A model generated the notes under the pieces. That model saw only the letters and a list, made by a program, of their open reading frames with translations. It had not been told where the DNA came from and searched no databases. This document shows, in pieces, positions 43,729 through 55,898 of a DNA stretch of 64,000 bases (within the stretch, counting starts at the first letter, position 1; the number at the start of each line of letters is the position of its first letter). The translations under genes and the position numbers were made by a program. The DNA comes from Ramazzottius varieornatus (taxonomy: Eukaryota > Animalia > Tardigrada): contig BDGG01000012.1 in the NCBI GenBank assembly GCA_001949185.1, positions 178,973-242,972 of the forward strand, written 5' to 3'.

Positions 43729-44833
43729 GTTTCAGTCCTTCAACATAAATATTTAAGTCAGCTTCTCCATTCTGTCTTGGAACTCTGAAGAATATATCTT
43801 CTCGTGAGCTTTCGTACTGAGACGTTGTCGACACATCGCGTACGCTTTTACGACTCGTGCGTAACGAAAATTTCAACACAGTCCGCGGCGCGCTTCGGTC
43901 GCACCCACCCGTTCCGCTTTAGCCTTTCTCCTCGTTATTGAGTCGTCAAAAGAGTAAACCAGCAGAGTGTCTTTCAGTGTCCCACTAGAAATCGAGCGAT
44001 GTCCAATCTTCTAGGAGGATAAGAAGAATTCTAGAGCAGGGATCGATTCTGCCATATTGCCTTTCCCGCAGATGCCGATTCGATCTAGTGTGATTGAATT
44101 GTTCCGTCAACCTTTTCGGCGGACCAGCCGGTGCTTTCTCGCACGACGACTGTGAGTTCAGTCTCATGCGTGGCCAGCACCTTGCGTGGCATGGCAGGTC
44201 CCTACGGGTGTTCGATTAGGCACCGACAACGCAGCCATAGCAGAAAGCATGCGAGGAGAGCTTGACAAGCTCTTTGGACAGATTCCAGCCGTCTTCTCCT
44301 ACCTGCACCAGATACCAGCTGAGTTCTCTCCGAAATCTGAAAACAGCGGTAGAAACTGCTGAAGTATAACAGTACATCTCTTTTGAACGATGACTGCTTG
44401 TGTCCACCTGAACTTCCTATTTTGCAGGAATGAGCCGCGTTACGCTGATACGAAGCTGGAAGACATTGACTTGGACAGGGGGGAATGGAGGGAGCTTCGA
44501 TCATCAACCCTCCTTTTCCTCCTGTACTTCAAAAGCGTGAGGAGTCAAAAGCGTGACGCAGCGATACGTCTCTGGATACAAAATCTGTGTCTGAATTCGA
44601 CCGGGCTTTTCGAGCGCGTGAATCTACCTTGCTTTAATATTTCACGACATTTTCTCAGCTAATGGTGGAAAGGAGTAGGTAGTACCTAAATTTTAGATAA
44701 AACCAGAATCGATAAGTCGAAGTCAGAATATTTGTCTTAAGTACAGCACACCAAAGAATAAAAATGCACTAAAGTAAAAGACACATATGTCACACTTACA
44801 TTCCAATCCCGCACAACATGAGCACCTTTGCCT

Positions 44834-46114
44834 CTAGAAGTCATTTGGGCGTCTTGGTGGGGAATCTTGTCCCGGACCTTGAGGCGGTCGCAAGTAGGCA
44901 TCCCGATGCTGTCTTCGCAGATCGTCGTAGTTTGCCGTTCTGTTCGCCCCACTCACCGCGTTCCTATCGCTCTTCTCCCTGGCTGAATCAAAATCAAAGA
45001 TCGACGGTGGCTTGTCGTCAATGTCCAGCATGTATCTGCTGTTCTCCGAGTCCACATCCAGTGCGCCATGGTAGTCGTCCGTGCTGTTCATGGCGGAAGA
45101 CTGTTCGTTCTTGTCGGTCGTAGGAAATCCTGGTAGATTCCCCGCTCTCTGTGAAATCGGACCTGAAGCTTGACTGGGTGGGTATGGTCCTTCGTAGACT
45201 CGCTGTTGGCCGAAGGTGGAAGGCGGGGGGAACTGCTGGCCGGTCTTGCCTGCTTGCCGACGACGGATGGCATCACCTAGTCGCGAATCGGGAAGACGTA
45301 GAAATTTCTCCTGGCATTCCTTCCAGTATGATACTTTGCCCAGGATGAAGCCGAAGATCGACGCGAAAGCCACCTTGGGTATCGTCCCATACTCTAAACA
45401 CAACCAACAAGCACAGCATGAACATATAATACCAACGTAAGACCGAACTCCGGTCTACCCACATCACTACCCGCATAACGTCACGGAAACCCGGAAACGG
45501 CGCTGATGTTTGTCCGAAAGTATGACGTCACGCGCTTCTGTAGACGAATACGAAAGGTGTAGAGAGACTTACTCGGGCTCGCCGTCAAATATCCTTTCTG
45601 TACGGCAACATGGGTAAGTCCAGCAAACGCCGTTGCGAACGGCAAACTGAAAGAATTTCCCAGTGTTCCGAAAGACGTTCGGAGAGGAACTTAAGATTCG
45701 GGAGTTGGTCACATACCTTCGATACCAGAATGACTCCTTCGTACATTCCTTCACCACTCGCATTTCTTCAGCGCTAAAGGCATAGTCTCTCGTAAAGGGT
45801 TCCGCTCCAGGTGTCTGTCCGCCATAGACTTGACCGGGTATCGGATAGCGGGGATCGGTGGGGAAGGTGGGTTGTGCACCGGGGTAGTAAGGATCAGCCA
45901 CGCCAACAGGGCCGGATGGACGAGGCTCATATCCGTAGTTCTGGACACGGCTGGGCATTATGACGGTGTCTCCGGAGGGGTTGTAAGTAGTGCTTCCGTA
46001 GGGAGAAGAGCCTGATGTGGAGCCGTCTGGACGTCCATAGCCCAGGTTGGAGCGGGGATCGTAACCACCGGTATCTCCGCTCCCCGATGATCCTGAACCA
46101 CCGAATAAGCTCAT
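44834..46114 (-). CDS. OCIAD1: OCIA domain-containing protein 1 (Asrij-like); 3 exons
   Basis: EEMRVVKECTKESFWYRSLP, YGTIPKVAFASIFGFILGKVSY..ECQEKFLRLPDSRLG, YDDLRRQHR. Confidence 0.85.
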
Positions 46115-46816
46115 GTTTCAAGGGTATCTGCAGAGGTAGATGGCTAAAATCAACAACGACAACCCTAGCAGCAGCTTCGCGTACTTTGATACTTACAAGG
46201 CACAGGTAGGCAAGCGGAAACACGATTTCACAAAGATTCTCAAGCGGATAGATACCTGCAATACTAGTAGGAATCCTCTTCGGAACCTGCAATGGGACAT
46301 TTGCCTGACAGTGAGCTGATTAACGAACAAACATGACGCGGCCTGCCAAACATCACGAGAAATCCCACAACAAAGCAAGCTGTCTCGTAAATTCTGTGAT
46401 GTTCGTGCATTCGAAGCATGTTCTCCGTTCAGCCAGGAAGTTTGTAGTCCTTCACCGCATATGCTTCACCGCAGATGCTTTCTGGTTATAATTTACCCCG
46501 ACATCGTTAGAACTACAAAAATAACTATTTGTAAAATCCCCAAAACATCAAATAATAAAATTCGTTTATGCTTGTCTAACCATTCAAAGTTCGAAAGCAG
46601 GTGCCACAGTGCACTACATCGAGCTCAAAGTCTGAGCAAATGGTTTGCCACGGCGCATTTTAACAGCCGACGACAACGCAAAACATGAAAGAGATACCTT
46701 GAGTTTCGCTCTCAGATCATACCATGAACCAGACTGCGATGATTAATTATGTTTGTACAGATAGACAGATATGAAGGAATTTTTGGAACAGTTTCCGCAG
46801 ACCTAATCAGCTGCTG

Positions 46817-47584
46817 TCATCGCGTCAATTTATCTTTATCACCTGTGTAAGCAACTCCTTCTTGTCTAAAACCTCCGTATCTCGAGTCGTAGTACGGAGT
46901 ATAAGACTGCTCCCTAAAAACAAAAAGAAATCTAAGTCAGTCAAGTAGTCAACAAAATCCAGTTTAACCACAGGATGAAAGACTCGGTGAGGAAATCCAT
47001 GTACGAACTTACTTCGGTGCGAATGCAGTATTTGTGCGATACTCATTAGTCTCCGGATCGAAGTAACGATACCCAGCTCCATATCCCCGATTACGCCACG
47101 GGGACATGAAAGAAAACGAGAAGGGTCCTTCACTACCAGCCACAATCAAGTAAGGCGGAAGCCGGACTCCGGCTTCAATCAGCTTCCTCGCCGTTTCACC
47201 AATGTGGCTGTTCTGCAGCTTCGCTAGCTTATCCTGGCAGTTCCCAAACGACGAATAAGCCCACCGTCCCAGGAAGTTGCCGAACACAGCAGCTCCTGTT
47301 GCTTTGAAGAACGTTCCGCGTGGGGAGATGACGCCTCGATTCATCCCCGCAATCACGAGCGCAGCTCCGATGGTCGCTCCGGGAAGAGCGTATTTCCAGT
47401 TAGCATCACTCCTGCATTCTTGAATGACTTTCAGTTCTTCGACAGAGAGACCCATGCTCCCTGGACCGTGATCGCGCGAGTGTAGTCCATGTCCACCTGG
47501 ACGATTTCCGTAGGGTTGCTGAGATAAGTTGTCCATGCTGCGTTGTTGGTCGATGGAGGCATCTCCGGGTTGTTGCGTCGCCAT
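46817..47584 (-). CDS. Second, divergent OCIA-domain protein; 2 coding exons
   Basis: EELKVIQECRSDANWKYALP...GNFLGRWAY...CQDKLAKLQNSHIGE; phase-2 intron ~46914-47012; stop at 46817-46819. Confidence 0.75.
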
Positions 47585-48900
47585 GTTGATGCCAGAGCGT
47601 TACCTGCAAAGCGTCAAACGGTGATGTACTTCGAGTTTCACACGACAGCTTTTGTACGAATGATAGATGACCAAGTGCGCGAGAAATGTCGGATGAAAGT
47701 TGCAGGCAACTTTCAGCGGAAGTTGCGTTCTGACTTTCGGGATATAACTCATGAAAGTTTGAGGGCAAAGTTCACCGTATCAAGCAATCAATAAAATTAT
47801 GTTGGACGTACGTACGTATGCGTAAACCCATTCCACTTTCGGTCAGATTCCACCTGGTTGTTCGCCTCCTCGCCGACGACGCAGAATCCTCGGAATGGAG
47901 CTAATGTTATGAGAATCCCTTCAATATTCACATCACTTCAGCCACTTGAATCACTTTCGTGTCTTGTCGGTTCTACAGCAACACATAAATTCATAAGCCG
48001 TCTCCTCTTCCCGTGAGATCGATGGTGACACCTCTATAAATTGCCTGGAGCCTCGTTCTAAACAGCACTGTTCTCTCTTCGGCAAGGCGGTCATGATCAG
48101 AGCTCGAGCATGTAACCGACAGGCTCCACCGTTGCGACCTCTACGAATTCTGCAAGATATCAATACGGTCAAGCGAAGTCACCAAAGACACTATCCCAAA
48201 AACTGAGAGACTCCATGCCTGATTTTGCATGTTGCGGCATGTGAAGACCTCATAATTTTTTCCAACCTCGGAAACATAAAAGCATGTGATCTTGCCCAGA
48301 ACCAATCGCGCCCACGCTAGGTGGCGCTTGGTTTTGCTTCACATAGAAAACCGGTTTTCTGACATTTATCAAAACATTGAATGTCATCTGGATTAACCTT
48401 ACGGTCCATAAAAACGCGTGTAGGCAGTGCCATGCAGGAAAGTATGTCATGATGTCGACGGAAACGTCTCAAGTTATGCCGATGGTAAAGCCTCCATCCA
48501 CTCGAGTGATTATCTGCTCTAACCAACGACGTCAAACCTGAACTTTGGAGTTGACGTTCAAGAATCAAACTGCTGAGTACTAACCTGCCTGGCGTATCAA
48601 AACCGCCGTCAACGTTGAGGCTTCCTCCGCCTTAAACTAGCGATTAAACAACCGTTCTGCGTGCGAGACCGTACACACCTCGATCAGTACGCAGCGTTTA
48701 CCATGTGTTCCGTCCTGCAAAACAATCGATAGGCTTCAGCGGCTATGTTAAGAAAGCAATTTAGACTCTTCCACCAATGTTTGCACTTTCTTATTTAGTT
48801 TGAACAAACTTGCAAAGCCTCATTTGCGCTTCGTATCCTCTAATCGATCCACCGGGAAGACTAACACGGAGAGCCGAGGCGATAATTGAGCTGGGACATC

Positions 48901-50385
48901 ATGTACAGCGGCACTGGGAATGGACCCAATGGGAGTGGCAATGCTGGTAATTGGTGGAATTCTGCACACGCTGCGCACGCGCACCAGCAGGCTCAACAGG
49001 CTGCCCAGGCACAGCAAGCACAACATGCGCAGTATGCACAGCAACAGTCGTTCCAGCATCAGCATCCTGTATCCAATCTCCCAAATCTTCCTGCAGGATT
49101 TAATTCGGGATCAGGCTTTCCGCCTCCCCAGCATCCTTATCAGGTGCCTATAAGAAACGAGCTCTTCTCTCACACTAGCGTTTGCTCACCTTAAAGAACT
49201 TTTTTTAGCAGCAGAACGTGAGCCAGAACCAGCAATACCATCCAGGCTATCCTCCGCACCACCAGCCTCCATCCGACCCCGTCTGTCGCAACTCCTACCC
49301 TCACAACGCTTTTCCTGCGACTGCCCACTACTCGTTTCCCATGATGCAGAGTCCCGAGCCATCCATGGGTTCACCGAACCAGCCGTATTCGAATAATTCA
49401 ACCTGTAAGGAAATAAACTGTTTTGGCATTCAATCTAATTTCGAAATTTCAAAGCCTAACAAAAGTTACAAATCAAGTTCCAAATCAACCAGCAGCTGAT
49501 CAACCCATGCGGTTTGCTGAAACCAAATCGTGACGTCAAACGGCCATGTATTCTGGCGTGGCAGCTGACGTCATGCACAGCTGGCAACAGTGTAGCCAGT
49601 CTGAAATATCATTTCGCTGAGCTGGCGAACCGGAAGTGACGCTTTGTTTTGTTGCAGCGTACTCACCGACTCGCAACATGACTTCCCCTATCGGCCACCC
49701 TTTGGGTTCTCCCATGCGACAATTTTCCGGATATCAACAAGGTCCGCCATCGGTCGGTCAACAAGGAGGTCCTCCCACCACACCATCACCTCACCGCTTT
49801 CCGCAGTCTCCTCACTCCATACCTGCTCAGTCTCCACACCCGGTCGCCCCTTCCCCTCAGATGGTTCCACCATCTTCACAGACTATCCCTCCGTCCCCAT
49901 CTTCATCCAGCCAACCCCGTACTACTTCGGCGAACCCATTCTCACCACCAGTATCAGCTGCACCAACCACTCATCGAACTGTTACGACTAACGGTCCCTC
50001 GTCCAGTAGTCCGGTACCATCACCGACGAAACCCACAGAGATTCCAGCCAAGCTAGTGATTGACGAAGAACCCCTGCCACAGTATCCTACTCCCGAAGAA
50101 CTGGAGAGAATGGCACAGCATGTTCGACCGATGATTCCATATTCTCTTACTGAAAAAATAATGTCCAAAGCCGGGGTGCAGTTTGCGGACCCGAAGATTG
50201 GTAACTTGATCTCATTTGCCGGTCAGAGTCTCATAGTGGATATCGTGAAGGAAGTAGCAGGTATGAGCAAGGGACTGCCCAAGCCGCAGGATAAGCAGTT
50301 GATGAGAGCGAACCTGGAGAGGGTCCTTCAGGACAGGGGAATGAAGGTACTTCCGCCTGATCCCACTCCTACTCTTCTCAAGTAG
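48901..50385 (+). CDS. Divergent TAF10-like histone-fold protein with long Q/H/P/S-rich N-terminus; 3 exons
   Basis: PMIPYSLT..IMSKAGVQFADPKIGNLISFAGQSLIVDI...L...L...G parallels TAF10 PTIPDAVT..LNRAGF..SDPRIIRLISLAAQKFISDI; exon phases are consistent. Confidence 0.72.
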
Positions 50386-50786
50386 AACAATCTTGCATTG
50401 TTTTTCGATGTTTATTGCTCCTGCTCTTTTACATGTTTTGCTTCATAGTCGGACACGTACAAGGACGTTTCTCTTGCTTTGCTTTGTCAAGCCGATATTA
50501 TGATTCACGTTCGACATGCACACGGTCATAAATTTCAGAGAGAGCCAAAGCCTTCCAGCAGTCCGCGGGGTTTCCGAAAGTGAAGGTTCGTTTCCTTGTC
50601 TGATGCCTTTGGTTAGTTCATGTATGGAGGTAGTGCCTTGGCTCGAATGACGGCTCACTCCGAACCTTTGAAAGTTGATGGCGAAGGACAAAGCAAGTTT
50701 ATCTTGACGCATTGGCGCATGTCTAGAAAGCTACAGTACCATTTATTTTTGAAGTTTGAAGTATTACGCAAAGGTTCTTCTTCAGA

Positions 50787-51492
50787 ATGGTCATGTCGCC
50801 ACTCTGCTTCTTTCTGGCATTGTTGCTGTTGGTTTCGGTGGAAAACATATCAGCATTCCCCAATGGAGCGCCTCTACAAGCCTGTCAGGATCTCTTGCCG
50901 CGTCATCCCGCACCACCACAAAGCCAAGCGAACCCTTATAAACTTGTGGTGACTCCCGTACAGAAATACGAAAAGAACATCGCGTGTAAGAATGAATCTG
51001 TTCTATTCTGGTGATTTTTTGAAGTCATGTTACGGTTAATGCTGTTGTTCTGTGCTTTAGTGCAGATCTCGGTGGAAGGATCGGGTGATGACCCGTTCCA
51101 ACAATTTTTCTCCGTCGCTGGTTTCCTCATTCAAGTTCGCGACGACGCTACAGGGAAGTTTGTTGGAAAGTTGAGCAATGTGCCAAGGACGTCGAAGTAT
51201 GCCTGTAATACTCGAGCTGCGGTCACTCATACCGATCCCGGGCAGAAAGCAGTCAGTGGACTGCAGTTTGTCTGGGAACCCCAGTATGAAGATCTCCAGA
51301 AAGCGGTCAATGTTCGAGTGTAGTGAGTATATACCCTGTTTCCTGCGCTCCTTGGTTTTGTCGGAGTTCTTTTGTTCAAGCTACGCGTGTGCATAATGTT
51401 GTCATCCTTTTCTGTTTAGTGCCACCTTCGTCAAAAACGTGGCAACGTACTGGACACCGGTGGCGTCAACGCCGATCTTGATATCGCCCTAA
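50787..51492 (+). CDS. Secreted reeler-domain (defense protein-like) protein; 3 exons
   Basis: Signal peptide, FPNGAPLQACQDLLPRH, GFLIQVR, AVTHT, FVWEP, ATFVKN..TYW. Confidence 0.88.
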
Positions 51493-52222
51493 GCATCATC
51501 GCTTCTTCCACCGTCTTCCCGAATACTTTTCATCCGTATAAAACATATCTACGAGCGGTTAGAGTTGCTCATCAGCCGCGGGCTGGTAACTCGTGTACAA
51601 GCTTTGCGTCTGCCTTATCAGAGTCCATAATTATATTATGGACTTTGGCGTTATCATCGTTATCGCCTTCTTCTCGGAATTATGCCGTACGAACCGGACA
51701 ATTTCGTCGACCGTCAATTTCAAATAGCTTCAAATTTCGTAATAGCTACCTATGTAGTTCGCAGATGCATGTGCGTGAGTGAGATATATTAAACTGGCTG
51801 CAGTGCCAATAACTATGAGAACCATTTCGTGCTCCTACTGTATGCGCCTATACGCCGCTTATGGTGTAACGGCTCGCTAACGGACTAACCGGAAGCTCCG
51901 ATATCGGAGCAGCTACTTTCAAAACACAGCTGATTTTGCACCTACAGTATGTGTGTTACAGTACTTTTTATTTTGAACAAAGATTATTCCCGTTTGTTGT
52001 TACTGCAGAATATCGCACGTGAGGTACTGCAGAATCTGGTTGTTGCATAATGGTATACTCTACGCTGATCGACCAGCTACAGTGGTCGTTTTAACAGGCA
52101 GCAAAGACGCCTGTTCAGTTGTTCGCATGCGCAGTCCTTGTTACCGAGTATGTTTTGACGATTGACATTCTTCGGAGCTCCGCCAATACTGTTAACAATC
52201 GACTGCGCATTCGGATCGAATC

Positions 52223-52753
52223 ATGGAGAAGAAGGATGGTATCAAGCCTCGAATACTGGTGGTGATGGGCGTTTCCGCTGTGGGAAAAACCACAATAGCC
52301 GAAGCTCTTGTCGAGCGACTGCACTGGCCATTCCAAGAAGGCGACGATCTGCACCCGGCTGCCAATAGGGAGAAAATGCGATCTGGAACTCCCCTGACCG
52401 ATGAAGATCGGAAGCCGTGGCTGGAGAAGGTTGCTGCGTGGATCGATGCTCGACGAGCAGCAAGCGAACCCGGTATCATCACCTGTTCCGCGCTGAAGAA
52501 AGCCTACCGGAAAGTGATTATTGGCGACAGACCTGGCGTCAACCTGCTGTACTTGAAAGCTGATAGGCGTATTCTGGAGGAACGGATTGACAAAAGGAAG
52601 GGACACTTTATGTCGCCGAACCTCTTGGAAAGCCAGCTGCAGACCCTGGAAGAACCTTCAGAGGATGAAAGGGCTTTTACGGTCATAGTGCATGGAAATA
52701 TTGACGAGACTGTGGAAAGTACGTTGAGTTTATTACGGACAGACAAACCATGA
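52223..52753 (+). CDS. Gluconokinase (GntK/IdnK family), intronless
   Basis: VMGVSAVGKT P-loop, EGDDLHP.AN..KM..G.PLTDEDR.PWL, CSALKKAYR, RKGHFM..LLESQ..TLEEP. Confidence 0.93.
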   Translation: MEKKDGIKPRILVVMGVSAVGKTTIAEALVERLHWPFQEGDDLHPAANREKMRSGTPLTDEDRKPWLEKVAAWIDARRAASEPGIITCSALKKAYRKVIIGDRPGVNLLYLKADRRILEERIDKRKGHFMSPNLLESQLQTLEEPSEDERAFTVIVHGNIDETVESTLSLLRTDKP

Positions 52754-52994
52754 CGTACAGAAAAGTCCCAGTGGGTAGAATTTAAGAGCCAAAGAGGACC
52801 GATCAAGTTCCGTTTATCGAAACCGCACTAATTTTCTTCAGAAATATGCGGCTTTCAAATAATATATCCTATAAGACGGAAATCCCCATTCATCTGTAAG
52901 AGATTTTGAAGAAATAAAAACTCGCCCGACATGCGCTTTCTTTCTTTAGCGCACAATGGAATTACAATCTTCCAAATGACCATGTTCGAAGCGA

Positions 52995-55898
52995 CTACTG
53001 GTCTTCCTCGTCTTCGTCGCCTTCGCCACCTTCCTCGTGGTTGTCGAGACCAGCGGCTTTGCGTATCTCTTCTTCCTCTTCCGGTGTCGGGTCCAGTTCC
53101 TACGGTGAAAAAAAAAGTCAGAGGAGAAGAACGAAGGATAAGCACGAGTTTAGCTTACCTCGTGGAGAGTAGGGTCGTATTTCTCGTGTTTTACATGTAG
53201 AGGAAGTGTCGGTACGAAGTTCGATCTGTACTTCAGTCCATTTCCAAAATACATATTGAAGAAGTTCCTGTAGAACAACACCGACAACGCTTTAGGTAAA
53301 GGTTGAAGGACTTCATCAAGGGGTATACTTACTTTCCTCCATCGTAGACGACGGTATAAGAGCCCGGCCACAGGTTGGATCTGGCGACGATGAAGGACTG
53401 GGAGGGAAATGCGTGGGAACCGAAATGGAGCGACCACGGAGGATAGCCGTCAATAGCTATGAACACAAATATGGTAACTACATTATAATAGCAGTAGTTG
53501 GTTTAGACTTTCCCCGTTCCATACCTGCATCGTTGATAACGGAAGCAAGGGGAGGAGGAAATGTAGACTCTGGTTCGTACCAGTCGGCTTTTTCCGGATA
53601 CCATACTGGGTACTTTGCCTTTCTGGCTTTGGCACCCTCTTCTTCGTCTTCCGCCTCTTCTTCTTCCTCGTCTTCTTCTTTGCTGGCTTCGAATGCATCG
53701 TAAAAGAAAGTCCGTCCCTACAAAGGTAAACCTACACTGGCGATTCCAACAGCACAGTTACGGAACGCTTGGCTTCTGTTCCGTTGGATACGATGGAGAT
53801 CGGTTGGAGGATCAGCTAAAGTTTCTCTCTGATATTTTCTATATAACCTTTGGAGAAAGGCTAACAGCTCTGATGAATAAAGCATGAAGAATTCTAGAGT
53901 TTACCTGGCGTAATATAAATTGGTTATGATGCATCCAGGATTTCATGTGCGGCTGGGATAGCTCTTGGAAAGAAGGAGCTCTGTACTCCGGGTTGTCAGT
54001 CAGTACAAAGGGCGCTGAAAAAGAGTACAATAAATGGCACTTCCTTAATCTCGAACGAAGAATCAACAGAAATTACGTGGTGCCCCCTCTTCGGCTTCTT
54101 CTTCACTGTCCAGCATGAAGTATCCAAGAGGACATATTTGTGTCGAGCCAGAAATGCGAGCAATCTGAGCTCTCAGATAATTCAGCTCCGTACCCGGAAA
54201 CACGGGGAATGACGGTACCTAAAGACAACACAGTCCACACTCAGTCTCGCGAATTTCCCCATGCTAGAACAGTTATGGACCCAGAATGATCAGGCTTACC
54301 TTAGCTGCGAGATTCCCGGTGAAACCGCGGTCAATCTTCCGTGCAACGATCACCTGGTCTGGAGTGACTGCCGGCAACCTTGTCCAGTTCCCGTCCACTG
54401 AAATCGAGTGATCATTTTCAGTTCATTCGTCTCAATGTAGAATGAACCGAGAACTTACGCTTTGTAGTGACATAGTAAGACTTCCGGTTCACACCTGAGC
54501 CCGTCGGCTCTTTGACGAGGGGTGGTAACGGTTTCAGCATCGGTTTTGGTACCGGCGGTAGATTCTCGAAACCTTCGATCTCTGGTTGTTCTGCATCCTC
54601 GTCCTCTCCTTCAGCCTAAAACCACGTAAACATTGAACCAATAAAAGAACAGCTAGGAGGCGAACGAGCAAAACGCACGAAATCGACATCTCAAGTGACG
54701 TGCGCTCTCATTGATATTGTGTAAAAGGGCGCGCCACTCACAATGACGGTCTTGTAAGTTTTGCAATCTTCCGCATGCCAAAACTGTTCTCACCGGTTCC
54801 TTTTCCGGTTCTTCCTCTTCATCATCCGGTGGGTCGGCATCAGCTTCCAGGACATAGTAGTCGTTCTGCTGTCCATAGATGATGCCCCAAAACTTAATGT
54901 CGATAATTCTAGCATCAGCATCGAGCAGTTTCTTGACAGCGGCATTGAGCAAACATGCGATGCTAGTGGAGAACAATCGCGGAATACCCACGTTGCTCAA
55001 GTACGGATAAAGCCGCAAGATATTCGGCAGCTTTGAATTGCCCGTCTCCTCGTCCACGAAAGCATCGATGCGTTCTTCGATAGCTCCTTCTGCCTACCAA
55101 ACATTGTTAGAGAAGGAAATATGATCAGAAAACGTTCCAGTAAGCAATCGCACCTTCAAAACTTCAGTCCGTAGTTTCGACTCCGCGATCTCGGCATCTC
55201 GAAACTTGGCACTTCCGGCACGCCTATCCACATATCGCTGGAATGCAGAGTCCAGTATTTGCTCATATCCATCGTATGCGTTCTTGTTCGACGTTTTGAG
55301 AATGTGACGAACGGATTGCTTTAGTTGATCATATCTATCTAACGAAAACAGTATTCAGATCACAGTATACAGTATAACAAATTATTTGGGAGGTCTCTTC
55401 TTCGTCGTCGAATACTTACACACTTGGCGCGTCACCCGAAGATTCTTTCAAATATCCGCTAACAGCTTTGTAGGTTTCCCTTACTCGGCCCGCGTTGGAC
55501 GCGTCGATACCGTAGCCTCCAGGATACCCAGGGTAAGGCAGAATGCCGTCGCTGATAGAGACACTAGGTTTCTTTACGGGCGAACGGAGTTCTTCGGGTA
55601 GCACAGCGTAAATATCGATCTCGTCTTCTTGAACGGTGGAGATGTACTGTTCTTCCTCGGGCTGTGGATCTTGGTCCAGCCGAAGTAACTCCTCAACAAC
55701 GCTGGAGCCAGATTGCCCATCTTCGCCAGACAAGAACTCAAGATTGGACCTTACGATAGCCGGGAGGGTGTACCGCTCGGCAGAGGGTGAGGTGATGAAG
55801 CGACCCGATGCGGAAAAGCGAGGAGCTGAATCAACGGAGGATCGCACAGGAAACGGCTCTTCTTGACTGACGAACTGAGGAACTCGTTCTTCCGCCAT
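52995..55898 (-). CDS. Radial spoke head protein 4/6-like; ~10 exons
   Basis: KFWGIIYGQQNDYYVLEA, FPGTELNYLRAQIARISGSTQICPLGYF, WMHHNQFILRQGR, RSNLWPG, NMYFGNGLK, ELDPTPEEE; stop at 52995-52997. Confidence 0.88.
54657..54775. repeat. Family A element, degenerate (RSPH intron 54616-54793)
   Basis: AAGTGACGTGC-N25-GCGCGCCACTC; GCAAAAC / GTTTTGC arms. Confidence 0.65.

Noticed and set aside
43985-44662. Gene or pseudogene between SLC22 and OCIAD1
   Set aside because: Fragmentary ORFs with no identifiable homology.
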